64,000 nt of DNA from Mobula hypostoma (GCF_963921235.1 NC_086100.1:11160001-11224000), one strand, 5' to 3'. Numbered from the stretch's first letter, positions 47,431-59,312 are shown. Notes: generated by a model not told the origin, from the sequence alone. Made by a program: numbers and translations.

Positions 47431-47587
47431 CACAAGAAATTCTGCAGATGCTAGAAATCCAAAGCAACACACACAAAGTGCTGGAGGAATGCAGCAGGTC
47501 AGGCAGTATCTACGGAAGTGAATAAATGACTGTTCATTTTCATAGATGCTGCCTGACCTACTGAGTTCCTACAGCATTTTGTATGTT
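47431..47587. mobile_element. 157-bp palindromic PLE pLTR insert lacking the hammerhead
   Basis: Inverted arms; 8-bp TSD ATTTTAAA (47423-47430 and 47588-47595). Confidence 0.75.
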
Positions 47588-49009
47588 ATTTTAAATACTT
47601 GCTCTGTCCACCATGACTATAGGATGGGTTTGGGGATGGAGGCTAGAATTATAATTTCCAATTTAGTCCTTCCATATTTCTTATTTTTTTGGTGGAAAAA
47701 AAGAATTTGTGATGCTGTACTGAAATATCTAGAGTAGTCAAGGGAGCAATTTAAGTAACAAATTTACAACAGCATACAAATGTATTACAGGACGTTAATA
47801 TACATGGGTTTGAATATGGTCACTGCTGAACATTCTGGTACTGATTTTGTGCACTATTGGATCCATTGACAGACCTTGAAATTAGCAAACATTTTGTCTA
47901 CTCCATTAGTAAATTATTATCCAGCAGTTATTGCAAATTTCATTCAAAGCAAAAATCCTTGGTTTGATTTTCAGTCTTTGTTGATTTATATGGTCAAAGT
48001 TGAGGGTTATGGTAGATGTGATTAACATCTTTGTTAGCGAAGGGAAAATCAGGTAAAAAATCAGGTAAAGTTCTTTCATGGAGTATCTATCCAGTAAGTT
48101 GCAATGTGTCTTGGATTTCAGGATCATACTTGGTTGAGATTTTCCTTTGGTTTATGTCCTGCTGACTTGCTCGATTTACAGGACTTGTTTGTCAAATTTC
48201 CAGAGACTGGAGAAGGGAAAATGGAGTTCATTTTTAAAGTATATCAACACCCATAACCCTCAGTTGGTTCTGAATTTTTTGGTTAAGAGCCACTTGACTA
48301 AGGCAGCAGAAATCTCGAGTATAAATCTCAAGAGCTACAATCATTTTTAAGGAACCATATCATCTTGTTCTGAGTAATGCTCGTAATTATGGCATTCTGT
48401 CAAACTGTTATCTTAGTTTGCATTTGCCTGATATTGCTGGTATTAAAATACTTGGTAAAAGCTAGTGTGCAGGTACGAAGTGTATTTTCTAAAAGGTTAA
48501 TCAAAAGCTATCTCAAAGAATGCATTATTCAACCATGAAGAATTGAAATGTCAGATGCCTTTTGGAATACTCTGTTCAGTTTGGTTACCAAATTTTAGGC
48601 AAGATAGACTTGAAAAAGTTGAGCAAATAGTGTCACAAACATGAGCATAGATGCTCTATTATTGACCATTACCTGGTTTTGTGTCATATAGTATCATTAC
48701 TTAATACCATTGCTTGTCTGGAATAAAAGTATTGATTTATGAGGACATATTGTATTGACTTGTATTCCCATGTGCTTCAATTGTTAAAGTTGTTCCAGTC
48801 AAGGATTTATTAAAAATAAAATTGAGATGCAGTAAAAATAAACTGAACTTCTGATAATTGATTCTATAACAAGTCAATCTTAAAATCATATTTAAGATGA
48901 AATCTGGAGCACATTTTTTCTGTTAAAATTGGCAAAATCTGGAACTTAATGCCCAAATAGTTCCAAGAGATTGATTTTTGTAAGTAATACAGTTCATTGG
49001 CTATATTTT

Positions 49010-49180
49010 AGAGGGAGTTAGACATGGCCCTTGTGGCTACGGGGGTCAGGGGGTATGGAGGGAAGGCTGGGGCGGGGTTCTGAGTTGGATGATCAGCCAT
49101 GATCATAATAAATGGCGGTGCAGGCTCGAAGGGCCGAATGGCCTACTCCTGCACCTATTTTCTATGTTTCTATGTTTCTA
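49010..49180 (+). mobile_element. CR1/HE1-type 3' tail
   Basis: gatcagccatgatc..ggctcgaagggccgaatggcctactcctgc..(ttctatgt)n. Confidence 0.85.
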
Positions 49181-49262
49181 ATACAATTAAAGAATATGGA
49201 CAGCAAATGGTAAATGGGTTGCGATTCAGATCATTAAAATCTACCAGACAGTAGAATAAGCT

Positions 49263-50040
49263 TCACATACAAAAAATGCTGGTGAACGCAGTAGGCCAGG
49301 CAGCATCCATAGGAAGAGGTACAGTTGACGTTTCGGGCAGAGACCCTTCATCAGGATTAACTGAAGGAAGAGATAATAAATGATTTGAAAGTTGGAGGGG
49401 AGGGGGAGATCCGAAATGATAGGAGAAGACAGGAGGGGGTGGGATGGAGCTAAGAGCTGGAAAGTTGATTGGCAAAAGGGATATGAGGCTGGAGAAGGGG
49501 CGGATCATGGGACGGGAGGCCTAGGGAGAAAGAAAGGGGGAGGGGAGCCCAGAGGATAGGCAAGGAGTTATAGTGAGAGAGACAGAGGGAGAAAAAGAGA
49601 GAAAAACATGATAATAAATAAGGGATAGGGTATGGAGGGGAGGTGGGGCATTAATGGAGGTTAGACAAGTCAGTCCTCATGCCATCAGGTTGGAGGCTAC
49701 CCAGATGGAATATAAGGTGTTGTTCCTCCAACCTGAGTGTGGCTTCATCTTGACAGTAGGGGAGGCCGTGGATAGACATATCAGAATGGGAATGGGATGT
49801 GGAATTAAAATGTGTGGCCACTGGGCGATCCTGCTTTCTCTGGCGGACAGAGCGTAGGTGTTCAGCGAAGCAGTCTCCCAGCCTGCGTTGGGTCTCACCG
49901 ATATATAGAAGGCCGCATCGGGAGCACCGGATGCAGTATATCACCCCAGCCAACTCACAGGTGAAGTGTCACCTCACCTGGAAGGACTGTCTGGGGCCCT
50001 GAATGGTGGTGAGGGAGGAAGTATAAGGGCATGTGTAGCA
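49263..50040 (-). mobile_element. 5'-truncated PLE (GIY-YIG + pLTR), same family as 11004-13991
   Basis: VIYCIRCSRCGLLYIGETQRRLGD; hammerhead core intact at 49323-49358 but stem I mismatched. Confidence 0.92.
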
Positions 50041-50930
50041 TTACTGTACAGAACAGGCAGTATTACAAAGCCTTCATAGTTTGAATAGAAAATTGACTGG
50101 TTAAATATCATCACAACTGAGGTGCATGACTTCTATATATTTTAAGCAATTTAATTCAAAGCCAAACTATATTCAGGTATACATCAACTAATTTATGTAT
50201 GTGCTCAGTTCTTGACTTAGAACTCAGAATAATTGCACTCATTGTGGTATGCTTTGAAATTGAGATCCTGGAAAAAGCTTGTATAAACAGTATGAGAGTA
50301 TTGCTTAGATATGTTTTATGGTACAGGTTGACTTTCCCTTTACCAAAATTCCAAAATCTGAAAACTTCTGAAATTTGAAATGTTTTTGTTCGCTGACGTG
50401 TCACAAATGGAAAATTTCATAAGGCACCAAGTGAAAAATGAAGATTGTGTATTGAAAGAATGGATTCATTAGTGTTGGGGTGAACATGTGCTGCTTAATG
50501 GTATGCTAATCATGAAGTAAGCAAAGATCTATCATGACAAATTGAAAATTGTCTTTTTAAATCTTTTTATTGAATAAGTATACAAAAAGGTAAGCCATAA
50601 AGGCACTAATACACTGTTAGAATATAATAAAATTACAGGAGATATTAATACAAAAAAAGTGATACAAACAATGTAATTTAAACATAACATACTAAGGTAA
50701 CATAATAGTATACTAATTTTTATATAAATATATATCAATAGAGAAAAGGAAAAAAAAACCCCAAAAAAAACCCACCGTGCAACTAACTAAAAGCAAAGCA
50801 ATGGGCTAACTTGGAACCAAGTAGAGTTAAAGAACTTAAAATCACGTCCTCAAACCCGACCTCCATTAAAAACAGTAAAAAAAAACAAGAAGGGTATATA
50901 AATATGGAGCAAAAAAGAGAAGAAAAAAAA

Positions 50931-53319
50931 TTACATTAAATGAAAATATTGAATAAAAGATCTCCAGGTCTGTTCAAATTTAAGTGAGGAATCATAAAGA
51001 TTGCTTCTAATTTTCTCCAAATTCAAGCATAATATCATCTGAGAAAACCAAAAAAAGGTGGTTGGAGCATTAAGCTCTTTCCAATGTTGTAAGATACATC
51101 TTTTTGCCATTAAAGTAAGAAATGCAATCATTCTATGGGCTGAAGGAGAAAGATTACTGGAAATTTTAGGTAGTCCAAAAATAGCTGTAATAGGATGAGG
51201 AGAGATATCTATATTCAATACCTTTGAGATAATATTAAAAATGTCTCTCCAAAAAGTTTCCAGAGTAGGACAAGACCAAAACATATGAGTTAAAGAGGCT
51301 ATCTGCCCTGGACATCTATCACAAAAAGGATTAATATGAGAATAAAAGCGAGCTAATTTATCTTTGGACATATGTGCTCTATGAACAACTTTAAATTGAA
51401 TTAGGGAATGTTTAGCACAGATAAAGGAAGTATTGACTAATTGTAAAATCTGCCCCCAATCATCTACGGAAATGATAGACCCCAATTCCTGTTCCCAATC
51501 TACCCTAATCTTATCAAATGGAGCTTTCCTAAGTTTCATAATAATATTATAAATCATAGCCGATGCACCCTTTCTGACATGGATTAAGGTTAATTATAGT
51601 ATCTAAAATGTATGTAGGAGGAAACATTGGAAAAGAAGAAATTATGGTACTTAGGAAATTTCTAACTTGTAGATATCTAAAAAAATGTATTCTTGATAAA
51701 TTATATTTATTAGATAATTGTTCAAAAGACATAAGGGAACCATCTAAAAATAAATCCAAAAACCGTGAAATACCCTTAGTCTTCCAAATTTGAAAAGCAC
51801 GATCCGTAAAAGAGGAAGGAAAAAATATGTTACCTAAAATAGGAATCGCTAACCCAAATTGGTTAAGATCAAAAAATTTTCTGAATTGAAACCAAATACG
51901 TAAGGTATATTTAACTATCGGGTTAGATACCTGTTTGAGGCGTTTCAAATCAAAAGGGAGAGAGGAACCTAAAACAGAGCCAAGTGTATAGCCCTGAACA
52001 GATTGTAATTCCAATGCTACCCATTTAGGAATGGATAGTATATCCTGGTCAAGTAACCAAAATTTCATATGTCGAATATTAATTGCCCAATAATAGAATC
52101 TAAAGTTAGGTAATGCTAAACCTCCATCTCTCTTAGCTTTCTGTAAATGTATTTTACCCAGTCTCGGGTTTTTATTTTGCCAAATAAATGAAGAAATTTT
52201 TGAGTCAACTTTATGAAAAAAAGATTTTGGAACAAAAATTGGTAATGCCTGAAATATATATAGAAATTTTGGCAGAAAAAACATCTTAACTGCATTAATA
52301 CGACCAATCAAAGTTAAATATAAAGGAAACCATTTAGATGAAAGTTGAATAATATGGTCAATTAAGGGTAAAAAGTTAATCTTAAATAAATCTTTGTATT
52401 ACAAGTAGTTTTAATCCCAAGATATGAAAAATAATAATCAATTTAAACGGAAAGTTATATAAGGGAAGTTGTTTATTAATCGGGAAAAGTTCACTCTTAC
52501 TAAGATTTAATTTATAACCTGAAAAGAGACTAAATTGTGCTAATAACTCTAAAACAGCAGGGATGGATTTTTGAGGATTAGAAATATATAAAAGTAAGTC
52601 ATCAGCATAGAGTGATATTTTATGGGACTTTAAGCCCCGAGTTATCCCAGTAATATTTGGAGATTCTCGAATGGCAATTGCAAGAGGTTCTAATGCAATA
52701 TCAAATAATAAAGGACTAAGAGGACAACCTTGTCGAGTACCTTGAAAAAGAGGGAAAAAAGGTGAGCTTAGAGAGTTAGTATGGACCGAGGCCACAGGAG
52801 AATGATATAACAGTTTGATCGAGGATATAAATTTCGAGCTAAAATTAAACATTTCAAGCACCTTAAATAAGTAAGGCCATTCTACTCTATCAAAAGCTTT
52901 CTCAGCATCTAAAGAGATAACACACTCAGGAACATTTTGTGACGGGGTATAAACAATATTTAATAGTGTGCGAATGTTATAAAAAGAGTAACGACCTTTA
53001 ATAAAACCCGTTTGGTCTTCCGAAATAATAAAAGGAAGTACTTTTTCTGATCTGTTTGCTAATAACTTAGAAAAAATTTTAGAATCAACATTTAATAAAG
53101 ATATTGGTCTATAAGATGCACATTGAGCAGGATCTTTATCCTTCTTTAATATTAGAGAGATTGACGCTCTTGAAAGATTTGGGAAGTTTACCAAGTTTTA
53201 ATGAAGCCTCGAAAACCCTACAGAACCAAGGGATTAATGAAGGTGCAAAACATTTATAAAATTCTACGGTAAACCCATCAGGGCCAGGAGCTTTCCCCAA
53301 GTTCATAGAGGAAATAACA
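50931..53319 (-). pseudogene. L1 ORF2 RT and C-terminal CCHC region, frameshifted
   Basis: GKAPGPDGF, YRPISLLN, LDAEKAFDRV, GTRQGCPLSPLLF, YADD, CDRC..HMFWSC. Confidence 0.93.
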
Positions 53320-53486
53320 TTCCGGTAGAGCTCATGGAGTGAAGTCGTGTTCTTGACTCGCTCCATTACCTATGAGTTTTTCTTCTTATGATCAGCTATA
53401 TTTTAATTAACCATTAAGACATCAACTTTTACAATATTTTGAAATAAATTGGGCTCTTTGATAATTGGATGCTTTTAAGGTCTGCT

Positions 53487-54325
53487 ATGTCTAAGAATGG
53501 AAAAACTGGGAAGGACGGCAAACCTCCGGTTAGACCAAAAGGTACCGATTTTCCTCCGACTGAACCACTGGTGACTTTGAAAGCTATATCAGATCTAATT
53601 CAAAGGGAAATTTCAACCTCTATTACGGAGCTGATTCGTGCGGAAATTTCAATTAATTTCCAGAAAATTGCCGATTCAGTCGATAAGATACAAACATCTA
53701 TTACATCAGTCGGCTATATCTGATCTTCAAAAATCCACGCAACAAAATGAACTCAAGATGGAGAAAATCGAAGAAACAATTAATGTAATGAAGAAGAAAC
53801 TTGACTTTCTGACCTTTAAAAACTCTGATTTAGAATCCAGAATGCGACGGCAGAATCTTCGAATGATCGGGGTGCGTGAAGCTGTTGAATCTGATAACCC
53901 TATGAAGTATTTTTCTCAACTTTTAAAAGATGCATTTCCTACTGTATTTCCTGACCAACCACCGTTACTGGATCGTGTTCACAGAGTTCCATCATACTCG
54001 TCTAAGTCAGATAAACCTCGACATGTCATCTTACGTTTTCATTACTTTCAAGACAAGGAGAAACTGTTTCCTTTCGTTCAATCTAAAGGTTACATTGATT
54101 TTTTGGATCTTAAGTTCCGATTCGTGGAGGATTTCAGCAAACCAATTCGGGATCAGCGGGTTCGTTACAGATCTGTGATGTCGGAACTCTACAAGATGGA
54201 TTTAAAACCAGCACTGCTTTACCCAGCACGTCTAAGGATTCGTACGTTGGATGGAGCCCTCTGTTTTTTTGAATCTCCATTGGATGCCCAGAGTTATCTG
54301 GATCAATTTTCTCCTTCAGCATCTT
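53487..54325 (+). pseudogene. L1 ORF1 of the outer element (frameshift near 53700; native stop displaced to 55475-55477)
   Basis: DLESRMRRQNLRMIGVRE, LDRVHR, PRHVILRF, LLYPARL. Confidence 0.9.
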
Positions 54326-55459
54326 TTCTGCCCAAATAGGGCACAGAAAAGTTAAAACCAACCAATTCACAGCCTCCGATCAACGGAGAAAATTAAAAAA
54401 AGGCAATTAAGATGTTGAAGATGAAAGTTGATCCAGATAACTCTGGGCATTCGATGGAGAATCAAAAAAACGAAGGGCTCCATCTAACATGCGAATCCTT
54501 AGACGTGCAGGGTACAGCAGCGCTGGTCTTAAATCCATCTTATAGAATTCCGACATCACGGATCTGTAACGGACCCGTTGGTCCCAGATTGGTTTACTGA
54601 AATCTTCCACGAATCGGAACTTAAGATCCGAAAAATCAATGAAACCTTTAGATCGAGTGAATCGGAACAGTCTCTCCTTGTCTTGAAAGTAATGAAAACG
54701 TAAGATAACATGCCTAGGTCTATCTGACCTAGACGAGTATGATGGGATTCTGTGAACACGATCCAGTAGCGGTGGTTGGTCAGGAAATACAGTAGGGAAT
54801 GCATCTTTTAAAAGTTGGGAGAAATATTTCATAGGGTTGTTAGCTTCCACGGCTTCCCTGACGCCAATCATTCGTAAATTCTGCCGTCGCATTCTAGATT
54901 CCAAGTCAGAGTTTTTAAAAGTCAAAAAGTCAAGTTTCTTCTTCATTACATTAATTGTTTCTTCGATTTTCCCCATCTTAAGCTCACTTTGTTGCGCGGA
55001 TTTTTGAAGATCAGATATAGCCGACTGATGTTCCGCAATACATGTTTGCATCTTATCAATTAAATCGGCAATTTTCTGGAACTTAGTTGAGATTTCCGTA
55101 TGAATCAGGTCTTTAACAAAGCCCACAATTTCTGTACGAATCATCTCCCTAACAGAGGTTGAAATTTCCCTCTGAATTAACTCCGATATCGCTTTCAAAG
55201 TCACCGGTGATTCAGTCGGAGGGAGATCCGTAGCTTTCGGTTTAACCGGAGGTTTACCATCCTTGCCGTCTTTCCCGTTCTTAGACATAGCCGATCTCAG
55301 TATCATCCAATTGTCAGAGAATTCAGTTTAATTCAAAGTATTGTAAAAATTGATGCCTTAATAGTTAATTAAAGTATAGCTGACCATAGAGAGAAAAAAC
55401 TCAGAGGTAATGGAGCGAGTCAAGAACGCGACTTCACTCCATGAGCGCTACCGGAAGTC
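54326..55459 (-). mobile_element. ORF1-only L1 copy (5' end, 5'UTR, ORF1, ~80 bp of spacer) nested antisense
   Basis: 16-bp TSD TCTCCTTCAGCATCTT (54310-54325 and 55460-55475); begins GACTTCCGGTAGCGCTCATGG and ends at internal GGGCAGAA(AA). Confidence 0.9.
54407..55306 (-). CDS. Intact L1 ORF1p (coiled coil, RRM, CTD), 299 aa (293 aa from MSKNGK)
   Basis: Uninterrupted frame with all ORF1p motifs and its own stop codon. Confidence 0.88.
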   Translation of the reverse strand: MILRSAMSKNGKDGKDGKPPVKPKATDLPPTESPVTLKAISELIQREISTSVREMIRTEIVGFVKDLIHTEISTKFQKIADLIDKMQTCIAEHQSAISDLQKSAQQSELKMGKIEETINVMKKKLDFLTFKNSDLESRMRRQNLRMIGVREAVEANNPMKYFSQLLKDAFPTVFPDQPPLLDRVHRIPSYSSRSDRPRHVILRFHYFQDKERLFRFTRSKGFIDFSDLKFRFVEDFSKPIWDQRVRYRSVMSEFYKMDLRPALLYPARLRIRMLDGALRFFDSPSNAQSYLDQLSSSTS

Positions 55460-56160
55460 TCTCCTTCAGCATCTTAATCGTAATTTTTAACTATCTCCGT
55501 TTGATCGGAGGTTGTGAATTTGTCGCCCTTAATTTTTTTTTGCCTTATATGGGCAGAAAAGTTTATTTTTGATTAACTAATATGGTTGCTAAACTTTCTT
55601 TCTATTTGCGTCATTGCTTTCTTTTTCCCAGGGGATTCTGGGTGGTTATTCCCTCAGCGTCATTCTACGTATTTCCTTTGAGGCCTTAAATTTTGTAGTT
55701 TTTAAATCTTTTTTTTGTAGGTTTTCATAACTAGTTTATGTTAATAATTTCATTTCTTTTTTTATTTATTCATAGGGTCTGGCGTTTTTTATATTTTCTG
55801 GCTTTTTCTCTGTTATATTAAGTGTTTGTTTTAATTGATTTACTTTTTTTATTCTTTTACTGTTTTATAACTAGCTGATCTTTTTTATATTTACACTTTT
55901 TTTTAGGGAGCGTCTATCGGAAGTCATGGGGGTAGTTTTAGTGCTTCTTTCTGGCTGGTCTGTGTTAGATTTAGCCTTGGGGTCATGGGGTGGTGGGCGG
56001 GGCTTCATGTTCTAGTTTTTTTTCTTCTTGAGCTATGTATACTATTGAAGTATTGGTTGCATTCTCCTTCCCGGTATCTCTTATCTGTTCTGTTCCCTTT
56101 CCGGGTTCGTGGGTCGAGCCTATCGTCAATCCTGCTTGTTGTGGGTTGACTTTAGGGTTT

Positions 56161-57238
56161 ATGGAGTCTATTATTAATTTTGTCTCCTGGAATACTAATG
56201 GTCTTAACTATCCTATTAAAAGGAAAAAAGTTTTTAAAGTGTTCCGGAGACTTAAAGCACAAATTCTATTTTTGCAAGAGACCCATGTGCGGAGGGGGGA
56301 CAGACTACGTTTTTTTAAATTCTGGAAGGGACAACAGTTTCATTCGAACTCTAACGCTAAGATTTGAGGCGTCTCTATTTTTATAGACTCAGTTACTTTT
56401 ATACAACATGATGTAATCTCTGATCTGAATGGTAGATTTCTACTGGTTAGTGGTCTACTATTTAATAAAAAGGTAGTTTTGGTTAATGTTTATGCTCCCA
56501 ATATGGACTATCCGGAATTTTATATAAATCATTATTCAATCAGTTCCCGAATTTGAATGAGTTTTCACTGATCTGGGGCGGAGATCTTAATACCTGTTTA
56601 TCTCCAGCTTTGGACCGTTCGGCTCCTCTACGGACCTTACCTAATAAATCTGCAACTTTGATTAATTCATTCCTCTCTGATTCTGGGTCGACGGACATTT
56701 GGCGTTTTTTTGCATCCTCAGGAAAAAGATTTTTCTTTTTTTTCACATGTTCACCATTCCTATTCAAGAATTGATTATTTCTTTATTGACTCTCATCTTA
56801 TTTCTTCAGTGATTAAATGTGATTATGACTCTATAACCATTTCAGATCATGCTCCACTTAAGCTTTCTATTAAAATTCAGGCCAATACACAAAATAATAG
56901 ACAATGGCGTTTTAATTCGCTGTTGCTTCAGGACTCGGACTTTGTTAACTTTATGAATGAATAGATTGATCTTTTTTTACAATCAACTATACAGAGGATA
57001 TTTCTGTGAACATTCTTTGGGATACTTTTAAAGCTTATATTCGTGGTCAGATTATTTCATATTCTGCTGTTTTGAGGAAGAAGCTGAAGCAGGAGGAGTT
57101 GGTAATTGTGGACAAGATTAAGGATTTTGATAAGAAATATGTTACAGCTCCCTCGGAGGAGTTATATAAACAAAGAACTGAACTTCAAATGGAACACAGT
57201 TTATTACTTTCGTCCTCGATTGTAAACCAATTAAAGAA
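56161..57238 (+). pseudogene. L1 ORF2 APE endonuclease and linker, disrupted
   Basis: SWNTNGL, FLQETH, NVYAPN, GGDLN, SRIDYF, SDHAP, WRFN, WDTFKAYIRG; stops and frameshifts. Confidence 0.92.
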
Positions 57239-57524
57239 GACAAATTGAAAATTGAAGGTAATATTCAGCAGGCTAGTTGCAGAAATTTAAGAAAAGGCAC
57301 ACCATAAATTTTTAAAATATTTTTTAAAAAAGTTAAGATAAAACATTTGCTGATCACTAAGCAAGAGTGAAATTCATTGATAAATTTGTGAAGATAGTTG
57401 CTGATGAAACTCTAACACCAGAACAAACTTACAATGATTGTTTTTATACCTTACATAAAACCAAAAAAAAGACCATTTTCAGTTCCTTTGTATGTATATC
57501 AGTTTGAAATGATTGCTGTTTAAT

Positions 57525-58190
57525 CTTGTAACTAAACTAATAGCTGTAACAAAATTGCAGAATTACGATGATTTGGTTGGTTGTTAACTTGCCATTATAC
57601 AGCCCTGCTACACTATTATTTTTGCAACTTCAGGAGAATGGGGAGGCAGTGTAGCAATCATAGTATCCTGAAACAAAAGGAGTACAACTACAAGATCTTC
57701 GAGGTCTGTCAGTGATGGTCCAGGTGCATTTCCAGGGTGTGTGGCCATAGCATTCATCTCCTGCCTAACAGCAAATAACCAGTTAAATACATACATTGCT
57801 ATTCTTCAACATTAGCCCACTTGCCTGGTCTGAAAAATATTCACCAATCACTCAAACACCATTAGCTAATCAAGTGTGCAGAATAAATGGTGTGGGGTTG
57901 GGGGTGGGGGGTGGGGGAAGAACCAGCAATCTCCTGAAGTTTCAATAATGGTATAGTGTAGCAGGGCCCTGAATCCAGGAATTAAGGATTTTATAGGCAA
58001 CACTCTATTGTTATTAAACAAGGACTGTGTAATGGCAAGTTAGGATTTTGCACAAGTATATTGTGCTACTTCCAAAGAGCACCCTAGTTCTATTATCAAA
58101 ATCAGTTGATTGAATCCATGATCACTCCAGCTCCCTCCTCTTAAGCAAATTGTAATTCTACAGCTCAGCATCTATTAGTTTAGTTACAAG
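57525..58190. repeat. Imperfect inverted repeat (arms 57525-57639 and 57928-58190)
   Basis: Three colinear complementary blocks, e.g. cttgtaactaaactaatag/ctattagtttagttacaag and gccctgctacactat/atagtgtagcagggc. Confidence 0.75.
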
Positions 58191-58194
58191 CTTT

Positions 58195-58620
58195 TGTAGC
58201 CTTTTCCAGCTTCATGCATCTCTATGATTCTTCTAAGGTCCTCTGAAAGTTGTTTTGATCAAGGCATGGTGCACATAAGCAGATCTTAGAGCAGCATCTG
58301 TCAGTAACTTGACTGTGTCTTTTCTATATAGCAGGGCACCTCTACATCCCACACCTCCAATCTCATCGCATTGATTGGAACACCTGACTCCAAATAGCTT
58401 TTGTAGAAAGTATTACCCCAGAAGTTCATACTTTTTCTGACAAATATATGTAATATTGGATCATTTTTCTGAATAAATAAATGAACAATAGTGTTATTTA
58501 TTTCATTGGGTTCTCCTTATCTAGTTTTATTCCTTGCGTGAAGATGTGATCCCATTTTAAGTCATCTATGTAGAAAGGGAGAAAATTCTACAGGTTTGAC
58601 AAACTTTCTAGCACCACTGT
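58195..58620 (-). mobile_element. Tc1-like element 5' end
   Basis: Reverse complement begins cagtggtgctagaaagtttg, a Tc1-type TIR, followed by typical leader sequence. Confidence 0.6.
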
Positions 58621-58774
58621 TTATGTACATTGAAATTTACTTTGAACTTCTTAAAAGTCAAAGCTGTCAGCACAAAATCAATTTCTTCTTCTCTGAATCT
58701 TCTGATCAGTACCAGAAGATTCAGCCCACTGTGAACTTTAAAGCTTCAAAAAAAAAAGTAACAATAGCTTATGA

Positions 58775-59312
58775 AGGGGCACATTGGAAGAGATTCTGCA
58801 GATGCCAGAAATGTTGAACAATACACACAAAATAGTGTTGGAACTCTGAGTCAAGCTGCATCTGAGGAGGGCAGTGATGAAGGGTGTTGGACTGAAACCT
58901 CTACTGCTTATTGCCATCTACAGATTCTGCTCGATTTGCTGGGTGTGTGCTGCTGGGGAATTCTCTTTGATCAAATTCAATAGCACAGAGAAACATTTCT
59001 GGGGAGGCAGTGTAGCAATCATAGGATCCTGAAAAAAAAGGAGCACAACCGCAAGATCCTCGGTCTGCCAGTCATGGCCCAGGTGCAGTTTCAGGCTGGG
59101 TGGCCACACCAGTCATCTCCACTGCCTAACACCAAATAACCGATTTTTTTTTTCCAAGTCGAGCAGCATCTGGATGGCAATAAGCAGATGAGGTTTCAGT
59201 CCGGTACTCTTCATCAGTGCGCTCTTCAGATGCAGCTTGACTCAGAGTTCCAACACTATTTTGTGTGTATTGTTCAAGATTTCTGGCATCTGCAGAATCT
59301 CTTGTGCCTTTG
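58775..59312. repeat. Inverted repeat with ~160-bp arms (58775-58938 and 59153-59312) derived from an old PLE pLTR palindrome
   Basis: Long exact complementary run ttgaacaatacacacaaaatagtgttggaactctgagtcaagctgcatctga. Confidence 0.88.

Larger units (their letters stand above)
50552..57238. mobile_element. L1-clade LINE with 5' inversion: 3' part (-) 50552-53319, inverted 5' part (+) 53320-57238
   Basis: 16-bp TSD GACAAATTGAAAATTG (50536-50551 and 57239-57254); all L1 domains present in twin-priming geometry. Confidence 0.92.

Noticed and set aside
53320..55459. Assembly artefact explanation for the inverted ORF1 pair
   Set aside because: The arms differ by many substitutions and an indel of about 12 codons, and the inner copy has its own TSD.
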